Source: an uncultured virus (IMG/VR IMGVR_UViG_3300009104_000005) (taxonomy: Duplodnaviria > Heunggongvirae > Uroviricota > Caudoviricetes). Taken from it: DNA of 58,800 nucleotides. A model generated the notes under the pieces. It was not told the DNA's origin. It made no database searches and was given only the letters and a program-made list of their open reading frames with translations. This document shows, in pieces, positions 19,101-26,910 of this stretch (position 1 is the stretch's first letter; every line of letters starts with the position of its first letter). Made by a program: the position numbers and the translations under genes. The stretch lies in IMG/VR virus record IMGVR_UViG_3300009104_000005. One strand, written 5' to 3'.

Positions 19101-21833
19101 TCCTCTTGTGATACCATCTGAACCTAACTCTTCTGTATGCAACCCGTTATGATGCAGTAAGAAGTGGACACCATCAGGTAATATACCACGATTACTGAAA
19201 TTAGCAATCTCTCTATCCCTTTGTTCTTTCCTTTGAGCAAAGCGCAAGGTAGAATGAGCACCTTCCAACTCTTTGGCCATAGCCTCCAAAGCATCAGTTG
19301 CTGTGAACCCCTCGAAGTCTATCTTAGCCAAGATTTTGTGGAGAAATCCTGATGGGTTAACAAACTCTTTATTACCATCACAAATGAAACATTCCTCATT
19401 AAGATACGGGTCTATACCAGTAGGCTTCCCAGTCTCTTCGTCAATACACTCAGTGCAAGGTTCGTAGAAATCATTATCTCGGGCCAATTGTATGATATTT
19501 CTATCATGCACATTTTTGAGTACATCATACTCTTTCTTCAAGTCCTCTACAATCTTATGCTTCTGACTATCACTGAGTGTGGTCTCACTTATCCCAGGGA
19601 CTTCCCCTGAGGCATCACATCTATTACAAGGGATAGGTCTCTTAGCCCTACTATTCTTCGTATATTCCTTACTACCCTTGCATTTAGGGCATTCAACCAT
19701 TGAAACATCAACTGGTCTCTCTCCAGTGATTGGGTCCTTACCATAAGTCCTTTGAGTTCCTAGAAGCATATGCCGCGCCATAGTACCAGCATCACTACTC
19801 AGAATAACTGAGGGTGTATTCTCAATATCGTGTTTGTTGTACAAAGCCTTCTTCAGCATCAAAAATCTTGAGCCCTCTTTAGTTTTCAGAAAAGCCAACT
19901 CTCTAATCGCGAACTCCAGTAGAGTTGGTGATATCCCACTCTCGTGGGCTCTCTCGTCAAAACGATGATGGACTTTTTCTCTCTCCTTGGACAATTCACT
20001 CTCAGCATCTTTCAACATTCGCTGTTGAGCCTGTGGTGTAGCCCTAGTAGTGAGGTGTTCAACCATAGCGTGATTATCTAGGAGTATCTCCATATCCTTC
20101 TCAGTGAGATGTAGAGGATGGCTTTCATGTGCATACGGCCCATCCCCAATGGAATCATCAACTCGACCCTGTAACTCCTTCTCAAATTCTCGATAAGCCC
20201 TTTCCCAGTCCTCATCGTCATATCGCATGTCGTAAGTGTTGAATGGTATTCCGGAACTAACTCTATCCCTCTCCACCCCAGCCATCTCATTTGGGTCTAA
20301 TGGTGAGTCCCCTCCTGCCTCAAAGTAATCTTCATCTTCCAGTAGGTCACGGCCCCCTCTATCTTTGACATGCTGTGGTTTCTCAGGCTCTCCTTCATAG
20401 GTACCCTCACCTCCAGTAGATGCTTGAGCCCCTGCACCAGACCCTTCCAAAGAGTCGAACTCATCAGGAGCGTCTCCTCCCCCAGCAGCATGTTGAGGAC
20501 GAGGGTCGTGATTCAGATATTTGAACAAATCTCGGGAACCCCAATCACCTATGATTGAATTAGTCTCAATAGCATGCTTCTGACCACGAGCAGCCTCCTT
20601 GGCTTTATCTCCCTCAAAGTCGGATATTGCATGAAAAATATCATCCCTCTCTTCTGCTGGGAGCCTCCAAGTAGCAAATAGAACTTTGAGCAGAGTCTCT
20701 GGGCCAGAACCGAAATCAATACGACAACCTAGTATAATCCTCCTAACTTCCCAAGGCTGGTCTTCCCACCAATTAACTATTCGATGGTATCTACTATCCA
20801 GTTTCCCTTTCTTCATCTTAGGATTCTGGGGGGCATCTCTGAGAATCTTACCTAGACTCATTATGGCTAGATTAGTCCTTTCTTGGTCCACTAAGTTCCC
20901 ATAACTATTGATATCATGCCTAGAACCCATCTTCTCTTCACGGCTTTGCCTCAGAGAACCCTTAGACTGTAAGATGCTAGGACAGTCACAAGACGAGGCC
21001 CCTTTCCCTAGTTCGCAATCATCAATATGCTCCTGATGTCCTTGCATAGCCAATAACACATCAGCACAAGCATTATCTTTATAATACCCTTTCAGAACCT
21101 GAAGCCTGTTAGAGTTATGGATTGTATCTTCTACCTTCGCTCTCTCACTTTCGTCTTTGCCCCTCATCATTGCTCTTATAGCGTTCTTAGTCCTAGGGGT
21201 TTGGTTCATTCTCTCTATTCTTGAATCAAGAGTTTTGAGTATAGCGGACTTACTTTCATCATGCTCATCAGGGTGTTGCTTAGCCAATTCCAAACATCTC
21301 AGGTTCCAAAGAGCGTGAACCTTCTTATCCTTATGTGCCATGAGTGCCAACGCATTCTTACTAGTCTCATACCTATTTGGGAATACATAGTTCTTGTAGT
21401 GATTGTCACCCATCTTGCTGTGTTCATGTAAGATTGAGTTCCAAGCCTTGGGGCTAAAGACTGAGGAACCATCTTCCCCTACTGCACTCACGATGGGCTC
21501 ATCTTGGTTAATTCTCCCCCTACCAGACGAACTCCCACATTGTTCACAATGTCTCCCCTCTTCACCCTCTTTCTCACATGTGGGGCACTCAATACCTGTC
21601 TTGGAAGCCAGTTCCCACTTAGGAGTATACTTCTGGAGTATCTCATACAATCTAATGAATTTGTGGTCATCAGTCCTATACTTCGACAAGATATGTCTAG
21701 CATCCCTAGCATCACAATTACTGAGTCTTCTGATAAGGTCCTTCTCATCCTTGTCTGGTGGTTCACCACGAGCCGCTTTGAGAAGCAACTCTTTGAGAAT
21801 TTGCCAAGAAGACTCTACAGGGCTAACTAGCAC
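13167..21833 (-). CDS. Giant (~2,890 aa) protein with many CxxC / DnaJ-type CxxCxGxG Zn-finger repeats; likely internal virion protein
   Basis: Uninterrupted ORF with CPKCKG, CNRCDASG, CGVCHG, CTACDGMG, CPGCNG, CPGCDG and CGMCGGRG. WxxLK-type tags at both ends. GTG 21833 preferred from promoter spacing (track gives TTG 21845). Confidence 0.85.
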   Translation of the reverse strand: MLVSPVESSWQILKELLLKAARGEPPDKDEKDLIRRLSNCDARDARHILSKYRTDDHKFIRLYEILQKYTPKWELASKTGIECPTCEKEGEEGRHCEQCGSSSGRGRINQDEPIVSAVGEDGSSVFSPKAWNSILHEHSKMGDNHYKNYVFPNRYETSKNALALMAHKDKKVHALWNLRCLELAKQHPDEHDESKSAILKTLDSRIERMNQTPRTKNAIRAMMRGKDESERAKVEDTIHNSNRLQVLKGYYKDNACADVLLAMQGHQEHIDDCELGKGASSCDCPSILQSKGSLRQSREEKMGSRHDINSYGNLVDQERTNLAIMSLGKILRDAPQNPKMKKGKLDSRYHRIVNWWEDQPWEVRRIILGCRIDFGSGPETLLKVLFATWRLPAEERDDIFHAISDFEGDKAKEAARGQKHAIETNSIIGDWGSRDLFKYLNHDPRPQHAAGGGDAPDEFDSLEGSGAGAQASTGGEGTYEGEPEKPQHVKDRGGRDLLEDEDYFEAGGDSPLDPNEMAGVERDRVSSGIPFNTYDMRYDDEDWERAYREFEKELQGRVDDSIGDGPYAHESHPLHLTEKDMEILLDNHAMVEHLTTRATPQAQQRMLKDAESELSKEREKVHHRFDERAHESGISPTLLEFAIRELAFLKTKEGSRFLMLKKALYNKHDIENTPSVILSSDAGTMARHMLLGTQRTYGKDPITGERPVDVSMVECPKCKGSKEYTKNSRAKRPIPCNRCDASGEVPGISETTLSDSQKHKIVEDLKKEYDVLKNVHDRNIIQLARDNDFYEPCTECIDEETGKPTGIDPYLNEECFICDGNKEFVNPSGFLHKILAKIDFEGFTATDALEAMAKELEGAHSTLRFAQRKEQRDREIANFSNRGILPDGVHFLLHHNGLHTEELGSDGITRGGVLTNRNLMDLRRKVMLENKGAPITHIRDEIAKSLVEDFKLIDNNLGVPGFFLRDAVHSSWFNKLCEILSYDPHLPNHPEAINQRISNHLETVRHPGRFDSRPAIAPCGVCHGSRQARESGTGNYLEGHPCPACRKKVDLGGGVYGHESTGVQRYGGNKVISAVTNNSLMRDMKPSCACCGDGHNRRIVAGVGPKSRIYHNPMDINRLTLAVLDKYKELHEDIKMKSDAYTEDPSPELKQQIQQLDMAMKDLIEREGEEFQSVFDGETHQQALEKYKRGEKAIEQFDTIASAMQDDEDALPSNTECPFCKVEAMMGRPPMPGSNSLDIPNLGDKDGYHQGPNMMSSGEGCPNDPQSEDGTKIFESMIHRAIMDKDMYALQEASWARGPLLDELQDTHEEIGLVTPEQREEWREQGKDIGEEYEKLRINKRQEFTHSPLYKQHRGDLDFGKFAAMRRRGGKPTPDEQFTHKFHSRYYNTNSDRQALHGTTETDRENYSYGERHLDRIHDDGILDPEHDELLKELYAIHILTPDYLVHAHGNPLWLTGGEDEKGMQDWARKTLDMDKGEKVNDAHKRLLKNNLHLLSPLLVAEKEWSHYYLAPREEQIEKGWPESIFNTTDSKAPFLKPQTLERVFGELRGHYRDCEEALRYGYVSQDHHGFMPTTNHFPDMTLFLNNPNIPAWIGKAWIAHDEGLSDPDHDFYKKSNGLFATKGRTLEEMKPIADYIWCALRGEPLGTDEFPLTLEDLKEGYGELDYRGPAPMKGEPKSSGVNAADEDAWFRVRDMLMRRSSDPEGSAKALKAILPHRDRVTGLNPWGYATSCTACDGMGHISPEDFIKKSPAFIQFRTTDGERSWLALDAEGRPIMRSGEIEYGDPRVIQFFKEHARTHTHSEWEDHPNFDPEDPTWFTREGVSMQCPGCNGTHVCPGCDGNTGTPIPEHVREKLWTALNWLSQQGRELLGKTIKYPMDPSGPTELVVDPSKAVINKLPDDVLDESGYIPPRTHLPGATKQIPGVLWYEEKDDKGEPTGVIYTIRDPWYSHTGGMGTGTSFNRQLEKVPADEFWGAGNIGPPPQEGWGLPAGSEAQDRKLEDLKESMTFKPEPPLLGERKKPEPTEWVGGEKPKMGQCQYPGCEQIIPEAESYCGPTELYEHASTVGQGKKMLELRHSNNPAPDHKSLMASPRMQEAMNTEIPSKQYYGGHEAIRNMIELGFSMVSSKAYGTVLHLDPEKFKSDVADGFQMWMDHFRDSDLEDVGGSKWAQIKRLESEYKQGGITREEFDKKKEKVEDEHFEALQDATSEWLNGFEKLDMHIPYFTHPDLVDDDGNEIPHSPFDVFHSGSIPNDISTFNYIEHGFDHTNPQERNRVKFGDTTLFLSGVKPVSVCPRCFMKLSRDDVDNGECPHCHDSFSEPNQDYIYPGKGFGGHLNTDGINWIAPALDNRDSLKSRAQYMATLTPGAYEGGLRDPALVSCGMCGGRGWFRDKQNNKHSCQHCAEIPGMGHVALGEHISGGVTSNEWDKYAIVQYHRPNYQITSGFAGDEASFSPVKGDEMQQVIDALRLAAGGSQISDTLFMPDVNRRLTGKELRGVHDVVNDKAATKAEHELKALLDPNTVIPTLNSGFFSGNGWSHPKFNKAYFTGYRSAEKKVRRLSSLLAGSSSGVGTSDLFRITGATSFSDLGKPSAAENIGGLPGWTKSALLKRKIGQAKGHITKYEDKKKLSDYEQGKLNDARLLLGLTEQFTEQGHPIALLNKMQTGTKIYRLEIADHSKPGIVRDVPMTLLHGAFLSRGGKTSQQMASEMLENNFGTDHNIYHVNGGVMGTAGSIFTDRMDALDKRTEGHFRYGAKPRPPEEDGTVREGLETTDRVERDAVFTPAALIEERNRVHGLGRHDHAEAYHSRLESALEGTNIKVPPLPPPVERGTLSTEEAGRLTGDTLPEPPKYPTEGPEGPMQWTRSDDDEPMSLAWDKILKNIKIVQ

Positions 21834-21835
21834 AT

Positions 21836-21855
21836 ATGACCCCAAGAGGGGTCAT
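21836..21855. other. Perfect 8-bp hairpin just upstream of the giant gene
   Basis: atgacccc-aaga-ggggtcat. Confidence 0.6.
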
Positions 21856-21869
21856 CGCATCAATCTATC

Positions 21870-22055
21870 TCAAGGCTTGAGGGATTCCCAAGCAACATCG
21901 AAAGCCTTTCTGGTAATACCATGGCTTGGGTAATCTTTGGTATGGAATTCTAAGGCTACTCTCTTACTAGGGAGTTTCTTACGAGCCTTCTTAGGTTTCC
22001 AACCATGGGCTATAGCAGCCATCATGCTTTTCTGTTTAGGGCTTACGGAAGGCAT
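21870..22055 (-). CDS. Small basic protein (MPSVSPKQ..MMAAIAH type seen in phages) with C-terminal AWESLK tag
   Basis: 61 aa; AAGGGG RBS-like sequence upstream; ends AFDVAWESLKP. Confidence 0.7.
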   Translation of the reverse strand: MPSVSPKQKSMMAAIAHGWKPKKARKKLPSKRVALEFHTKDYPSHGITRKAFDVAWESLKP

Positions 22056-23736
22056 TGATTATCCCCTTATTCATGTCCTGCCAGTTCGAGTTAAACCCAG
22101 GGTCAGTAGAACTGTCATCATCCTCACCTGACACTATTGAAGGTATTCCGCTCCTACCCCTTCCTTTCCCAGGAGTATCATTCTTATGTGAAGTGATATG
22201 AGCAATCATCTCGTCAATCTTCTGACCAGCCCTTTCCATAGGTTTTAGGTTCTTACTGTGGTTGGGGTCATGGATAGCGACCCCTGGAGTCCAAATTGCT
22301 CTTGCTAATTTGCTTCTGAACTCAAGAGCATCTGGTAATATAGAGTCAAACCACTGTTGAGTAGATTCATTGTTAGTACTCAAACTGTGTTCCATCTCAG
22401 CCTTGCGTCTCTTCTCATCAGGGTCCTCAGTCTGCGGCTCCCCACCTCCTGAAGTGTTTTCTGCACTAGCGGGCATGAATGACCCATCCCCACTACCTTC
22501 GCCCTGCCATTGTGCAGCAGTCATGGCTGGACTTTTGAGGATGGACCACCAACCCCTACTTAATTGGTCACTTGAGGTTGCAACTCGGTGTTGAGTCGCA
22601 GCAACAGCCGCTGCACGATTTCGTTCGGCCATCTCCTGTGCCCTCCTTTGTTCCGAGAGGATTGTTTCTACTAAGCGTTGCGCTCCTTCAGTATCTGCAC
22701 CTTGAGCCGCTAATCTATCTATGATGGGTTTGAAATTGCTATCGGAAGTGGCTTTTCGACCAACCAAATCGACGGGAGGCTGGGAACGCTCCGCTATACC
22801 CATGGCTAAATTTGGGTTAAGTGTCACCTGGGGGTACCCACCACCACCACCTACTGACATAGGGGCATCAATATGTTTTTGCCTCTCGTCTTCTATCCGA
22901 GCCCAACGAGCATCATCTGCACGACTCTTGACATTCTTACCAGCCCTAAGTTCACCTTCACTATCCCCATGCTCAGCACCCAGTCTATGGAAAGGGGCAT
23001 TTGTCATCCAGTCTTGCAGACGCTCATGACCCATTAATTCCTGCAGACGCTCATGCTCTTGTTCAGTCAATCCATCCTTACCGGCTTTACGGCTGAGTTT
23101 CCTCTGCTCTTCAGCAAGACCCGTCATCTCTTTCTTATGAGCCCTGGCGGCTTTTGCTCCTTCTTTCTTCTGAGTATCTTGGTATTCAGTAAGCCACGCA
23201 TCAACGGGTACCTCCTGAACCTCTCTTCGGATAGCAGCCCTCTTCCTATTGTATGCGCCAGTCAGTCTCCCATAATCATGTACCGCTGATTCGTAGGCCT
23301 GCTGAGCAGCATCTACTTTCTCTTTAGGGGCATCCTTGGGTAAAGAGTTCAGGTCGTCTGCAGCAACCTTGACTGGGTCATATGATGGTTTATCCCCAGC
23401 CCTTTGGTCAACCAATTCGTTACGCTTCATACTCACGAAGTCGCTTTGTTCAGGATTGCTTGTCCAATGATTTTTCAACTGAGCCCTTGCTGCCCTTCTC
23501 TCTCCTTGGGATGTCGGTGCATGTTCACCAAACTCCACAGCACGATTATCAGGTGCTATGAATGGGTTTAGGGTAGTAAGAAGTCTACGAATCTCATCTG
23601 CCGTGGTATCGCCATGCTCATCGGCCACCATCCTGGCCTGTCTCTCAACCTCCTCCTGATGCTCATCCCAAGGCTGCCAATCGTCAGTATAGCGCCTTAT
23701 CTTGAGTACTTCCCACGACTGATGGAATGCGCTCAT
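22036..23736 (-). CDS. Hypothetical virion-associated protein with two WxxLK tags
   Basis: MSAFHQSWEVLKI at the likely start (23736) and internal RGWWSILKS. Confidence 0.75.
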   Translation of the reverse strand: MSAFHQSWEVLKIRRYTDDWQPWDEHQEEVERQARMVADEHGDTTADEIRRLLTTLNPFIAPDNRAVEFGEHAPTSQGERRAARAQLKNHWTSNPEQSDFVSMKRNELVDQRAGDKPSYDPVKVAADDLNSLPKDAPKEKVDAAQQAYESAVHDYGRLTGAYNRKRAAIRREVQEVPVDAWLTEYQDTQKKEGAKAARAHKKEMTGLAEEQRKLSRKAGKDGLTEQEHERLQELMGHERLQDWMTNAPFHRLGAEHGDSEGELRAGKNVKSRADDARWARIEDERQKHIDAPMSVGGGGGYPQVTLNPNLAMGIAERSQPPVDLVGRKATSDSNFKPIIDRLAAQGADTEGAQRLVETILSEQRRAQEMAERNRAAAVAATQHRVATSSDQLSRGWWSILKSPAMTAAQWQGEGSGDGSFMPASAENTSGGGEPQTEDPDEKRRKAEMEHSLSTNNESTQQWFDSILPDALEFRSKLARAIWTPGVAIHDPNHSKNLKPMERAGQKIDEMIAHITSHKNDTPGKGRGRSGIPSIVSGEDDDSSTDPGFNSNWQDMNKGIINAFRKP

Positions 23737-23745
23737 TGGTGTCCC

Positions 23746-23767
23746 GATAGGGTATCCGCGTATGAGA
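23746..23767 (-). promoter_or_regulatory. Conserved upstream motif (putative late promoter), copy 1
   Basis: tctcatacgcggataccctatc, 9 nt before ATG 23736; 18/22 identical to the copy at 24500. Confidence 0.6.
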
Positions 23768-23777
23768 TTATTGGTCA

Positions 23778-24257
23778 TCATTGTCTCCTGGGTTCAAGAG
23801 CCCCCGAGCCAATGTAGGCTCCTTTTTGATTCATTATTTCTTCAGGAACCTCATGCTCACCCACATATCTGTGTTCCGGTGGTGGAAGGTCATCGACAGG
23901 AGTCACACGAACTACACCTTCACTTTTCTTTCTTCCATGGGGCTCCCTACCTCTAAGTCCCACTACAGTGAACTTCCCCCCTTCCTGCCTTGCTCTACCA
24001 AATTGCTGGACAACTGGTGAGTCAGGGTCTGATACCATACGCTTATCGCGTGCAACAGACCATTGTATGTTTTTGGGGAGTTTTATCTCGTCTGCTAACC
24101 ATTTTTGCCTATCACCAGGTGGATATGCAGTCCAGTTACTCACTGGAGGCACTCCAGGCCACCCTGTCTCCTCAGAAAGTCGCCAATCGTGCTCTGGAAG
24201 AGTGGTCTGGCGCCACTTTTTCGCTGCCTTGAGGATAGTCCACCAATCAACTATCAT
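23778..24257 (-). CDS. Hypothetical protein with N-terminal WWTILKA tag
   Basis: 159 aa; GAGAGAG RBS; coupled to neighbours. Confidence 0.7.
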   Translation of the reverse strand: MIVDWWTILKAAKKWRQTTLPEHDWRLSEETGWPGVPPVSNWTAYPPGDRQKWLADEIKLPKNIQWSVARDKRMVSDPDSPVVQQFGRARQEGGKFTVVGLRGREPHGRKKSEGVVRVTPVDDLPPPEHRYVGEHEVPEEIMNQKGAYIGSGALEPRRQ

Positions 24258-24480
24258 CGTACTCTCTCACTTCAGGAGAGCCTTCTCCATATTGCTCTAC
24301 TTGAGCACATCGTCCACACATGGGGAAAGCCTCATCTGTATCGTAGTTCAAGTCCTTCTTACAATGAGCACACTTTTTCGTTGCCTTCAAGAGTTTGAGT
24401 AAGGCCCAAGATTCCCCCAACGCATCTTTGCTTTGTAGCAAAGTAAACCCTTTGAGGTAGTCACTATCTGACTGTTCCAT
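24247..24480 (-). CDS. Small Zn-finger protein with SWALLK tag
   Basis: CAHC...CGRC; GTGAGGG RBS. Confidence 0.7.
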   Translation of the reverse strand: MEQSDSDYLKGFTLLQSKDALGESWALLKLLKATKKCAHCKKDLNYDTDEAFPMCGRCAQVEQYGEGSPEVREYDDS

Positions 24481-24499
24481 CTACCCTCACACCCAACCG

Positions 24500-24521
24500 G
24501 ATAGGGTGTGCGCGTATCATA
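24500..24521 (-). promoter_or_regulatory. Conserved upstream motif (putative late promoter), copy 2
   Basis: tatgatacgcgcacaccctatc upstream of ATG 24480. Confidence 0.55.
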
Positions 24522-25350
24522 TTTGTGATGGAGGGGCATGTTGCGGATATTTTCGCCAACCTCTAGTTTTGACACCTATAGGCCTACTTCTATTCCTGAG
24601 GGGACCTAGTTGAGCGAAAAATCGTTCATAATCTTTAGGACCCCAATCATCTGCTGCCCCCACCGGCTGAGCCACGACTTCTGGAGGGTCCTCGAGGCTC
24701 TCTGTCTGTTCAGCATGTCTGTCTTCTTCTACTTGATTAGATATTGCCCGCTGTTGAGAATTCCAGCCACCAGGGTTATACGCTGTGTGGGGGTTCCTCT
24801 TAAACGGCCTACTACCACCCCCAGTGGGTGCGATTGGCATACTCAGACTACCAGTATGCTCTCTACCAGCAGCCTTGACAAAATCCCATGCTGCATCTAT
24901 GTGCATTGGCTCTCCAGCATTCTTCTGTTGCCAATCATAGAATGCTTCACGCTCTCCAGTGGGGTTCCCATATGGAGTTCCTATCGGGACTGTGACATCT
25001 ACCTGTGGCCTACCTTTGGGTGTGATAGTAACCTTGTGTTGTTTCCAAGGCTCCGCTGGGTCGGGCGCTGTCACTCCTTCTCGTCTATATCCAAACATAC
25101 CATTCTCTCTTCCAAATCTACTGTGTGCAAGTCGCCTTTCCATGCTGAGGGCCCGAGCATTGTCTTCCATAGATGTGAAATCAGGGATATCGGGGTCTTC
25201 ATCATCACGATATACCCCCTCTCCCAATCGCCGCATCATCTCATCATAGGCTTTCTCATCACCATCGCGAGTCATCCCCATCAACTTGTTGCTATCCATG
25301 AGGTGATACCTCTTTTCCTTGAGAAGCGACCACGCTTGCTCTAGGGCCAT
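24517..25350 (-). CDS. Hypothetical protein with two WxxLK-type tags; first gene of left arm
   Basis: MALEQAWSLLKE and internal IDAAWDFVKA. Confidence 0.75.
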   Translation of the reverse strand: MALEQAWSLLKEKRYHLMDSNKLMGMTRDGDEKAYDEMMRRLGEGVYRDDEDPDIPDFTSMEDNARALSMERRLAHSRFGRENGMFGYRREGVTAPDPAEPWKQHKVTITPKGRPQVDVTVPIGTPYGNPTGEREAFYDWQQKNAGEPMHIDAAWDFVKAAGREHTGSLSMPIAPTGGGSRPFKRNPHTAYNPGGWNSQQRAISNQVEEDRHAEQTESLEDPPEVVAQPVGAADDWGPKDYERFFAQLGPLRNRSRPIGVKTRGWRKYPQHAPPSQI

Positions 25351-25358
25351 GATAGACG

Positions 25359-25380
25359 CAAAGGGTATGCGGCTTTGAGA
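25359..25380 (-). promoter_or_regulatory. Conserved upstream motif (putative late promoter), copy 3
   Basis: tctcaaagccgcataccctttg, 16/22 identical to copy 1, 8 nt before ATG 25350. Confidence 0.55.
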
Positions 25381-25389
25381 GTTGCTGAG

Positions 25390-25425
25390 CAGTATTATAA
25401 ATAAATTTCTAAAAAAAATTTCTGT
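25390..25425. other. AT-rich tract at the divergence of the two genome arms
   Basis: tattataaataaatttctaaaaaaaatttct, with aaatttct occurring twice; coding strand switches here. Confidence 0.6.
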
Positions 25426-25553
25426 AGGTCGTGTGCTACTAGGAGGGCAACTCTGAGGTGCAACAGGCCGTTTCTCCGGTTAGTGGGGGGCAACAACGGC
25501 ATGGTGCAAACGAGGGGCCAACAGGCTCGCAGGGGCACGGTTTTACCTACCAT

Positions 25554-26327
25554 ATGGTCATTGACTACTCGACAACTCTACCCCCTATCTCCCTAAATGA
25601 TGTGACCAAGGAATTGGAAGCAAGGAACAATGGCGTAATAGTAGAAAGCAAAGCCCACACCGGAGTGGCCGTCTTAGCCGAGCGTAATGGCTTGAAGATG
25701 TGTTTGACACCATACCTGCCGACCAACGGAAATGAGGTCGTTAGCGGTGTTCATACAGACCTCGCTGATGGAACATCAGCGGATGCGATAGTAAATCGTG
25801 GAATCAGAGTAGTGAAAGGGAGCAAGCAGGTCAATGGCCTAACTGCCTCAATTATCTTCGCTGAAAACTACGGTTCTACGATTGATGAGGGAGATTGGGA
25901 GATTATGAACGCTCTCAGCATCCTGGATTCTGTGATATACAAGGCAGTTTCGGGCCTTGTTGAATTGGTCAAAGTCCCTGCAAGGGCTAAGGCCAGCGTC
26001 AATCAGACTATCAGCGGAATGAAGTTTATTGTTGAAGGGCTACTGTCCCCGAAGGCATTCAAGTCAAACAAGGAGTGGATTGCTCGCAATATCCGTTCTG
26101 TTGATGAGGGTGACGAGTGGGTATGGAGCACCGGGGACATGAATGACGAGGTCATCAGCCTGAACCAAGCACAAGCCAACGAAATCGGCATGAGCAAGGG
26201 CAAGACCACAGTCGGTGAGGTGCTCGACCATGCCTCAACCCTGTTCTCTTGGACTCCCTACGGGGAATCCGATGGAACCGAGCAGGGTTCAAACCCAATG
26301 GCCGGACTGAAGTCCGCATCTAACTGA
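25554..26327 (+). CDS. Hypothetical protein, first gene of right arm
   Basis: Long ORF; first ATG at 25554 (track uses GTG 25458). Confidence 0.75.
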   Translation: MVIDYSTTLPPISLNDVTKELEARNNGVIVESKAHTGVAVLAERNGLKMCLTPYLPTNGNEVVSGVHTDLADGTSADAIVNRGIRVVKGSKQVNGLTASIIFAENYGSTIDEGDWEIMNALSILDSVIYKAVSGLVELVKVPARAKASVNQTISGMKFIVEGLLSPKAFKSNKEWIARNIRSVDEGDEWVWSTGDMNDEVISLNQAQANEIGMSKGKTTVGEVLDHASTLFSWTPYGESDGTEQGSNPMAGLKSASN

Positions 26328-26362
26328 TTGAGTCACCCGGTGACTCTCTCGGTTGTCGTAAA

Positions 26363-26394
26363 GGCGGGGCAGGGGCTTAGGCCTCTGCTCCGCC
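26363..26394 (+). other. 14-bp GC-rich hairpin (terminator or processing site)
   Basis: ggcggggcaggggc-ttag-gcctctgctccgcc with 2 G:U pairs, preceded by a 7-bp hairpin at 26330-26346. Confidence 0.65.
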
Positions 26395-26817
26395 CCCACA
26401 CACCCTAATGCGTGTATACGCGTTTGGTGATTAACATCCCCAACCATACGGTTGGTTCTAATACCGTTGAACAAATTAGGACATTCATAGGTGATTTGAT
26501 GAGCAAAGACGCACAAAAACACACTCCACAGCATAGGCATTTGCCCTGCTACATACCATTCACGGGATTGACCGCATCCAATAAGGATTGCAGCACACAC
26601 ATGGGGGGTTCTCATTCGCTGCATCCCAGCGGTCTTCTCCTACTTCATGAGAGAGATGGGACAATCATACCCAGTCGGAGACTACGAGTTTCCACCCCCC
26701 ACCCACTCACACTCGCTATTGAGATTCTTATGGTTCTCTTGAAGAATAACTATGTATTATCATATAACAATAACAAGAGAATATTGCTAAACACCCACTC
26801 CCAAAGGAGATAACAAC

Positions 26818-26910
26818 ATGAACAGAAACCAGTGGTACACGGAAAGACACGGAAATGCATACATTTGGAGATACGGACTGCAGAGGAGGCAAGCAGTATG
26901 GCTTGCGTAG
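26818..26910 (+). CDS. 30-aa peptide
   Basis: AAGGAG RBS; MNRNQWYTERHGNAYIWRYGLQRRQAVWLA. Confidence 0.45.
   Translation: MNRNQWYTERHGNAYIWRYGLQRRQAVWLA

Noticed and set aside
13167..21833. Giant protein as a virion RNA polymerase or tape measure
   Set aside because: No DxDGD or T7-type polymerase motifs and no tape-measure periodicity were recognised.
21845..22055. Possible stop read-through fusing the 61-aa ORF to the in-frame giant ORF
   Set aside because: A second in-frame TGA (21854-21852) lies between them, and a promoter-like motif sits in the gap.
23015..23055. 14-bp direct repeat tgcagacgctcatg
   Set aside because: A small intragenic duplication (HERLQ twice) with no sign of wider significance.
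24610..25344. 244-aa plus-strand ORF
   Set aside because: Antisense mirror of the tagged minus-strand gene, with implausible composition.
26412..26813. 133-aa ORF in the early leader region
   Set aside because: No RBS, atypical composition, and it spans AT-rich promoter-like DNA; treated as non-coding.
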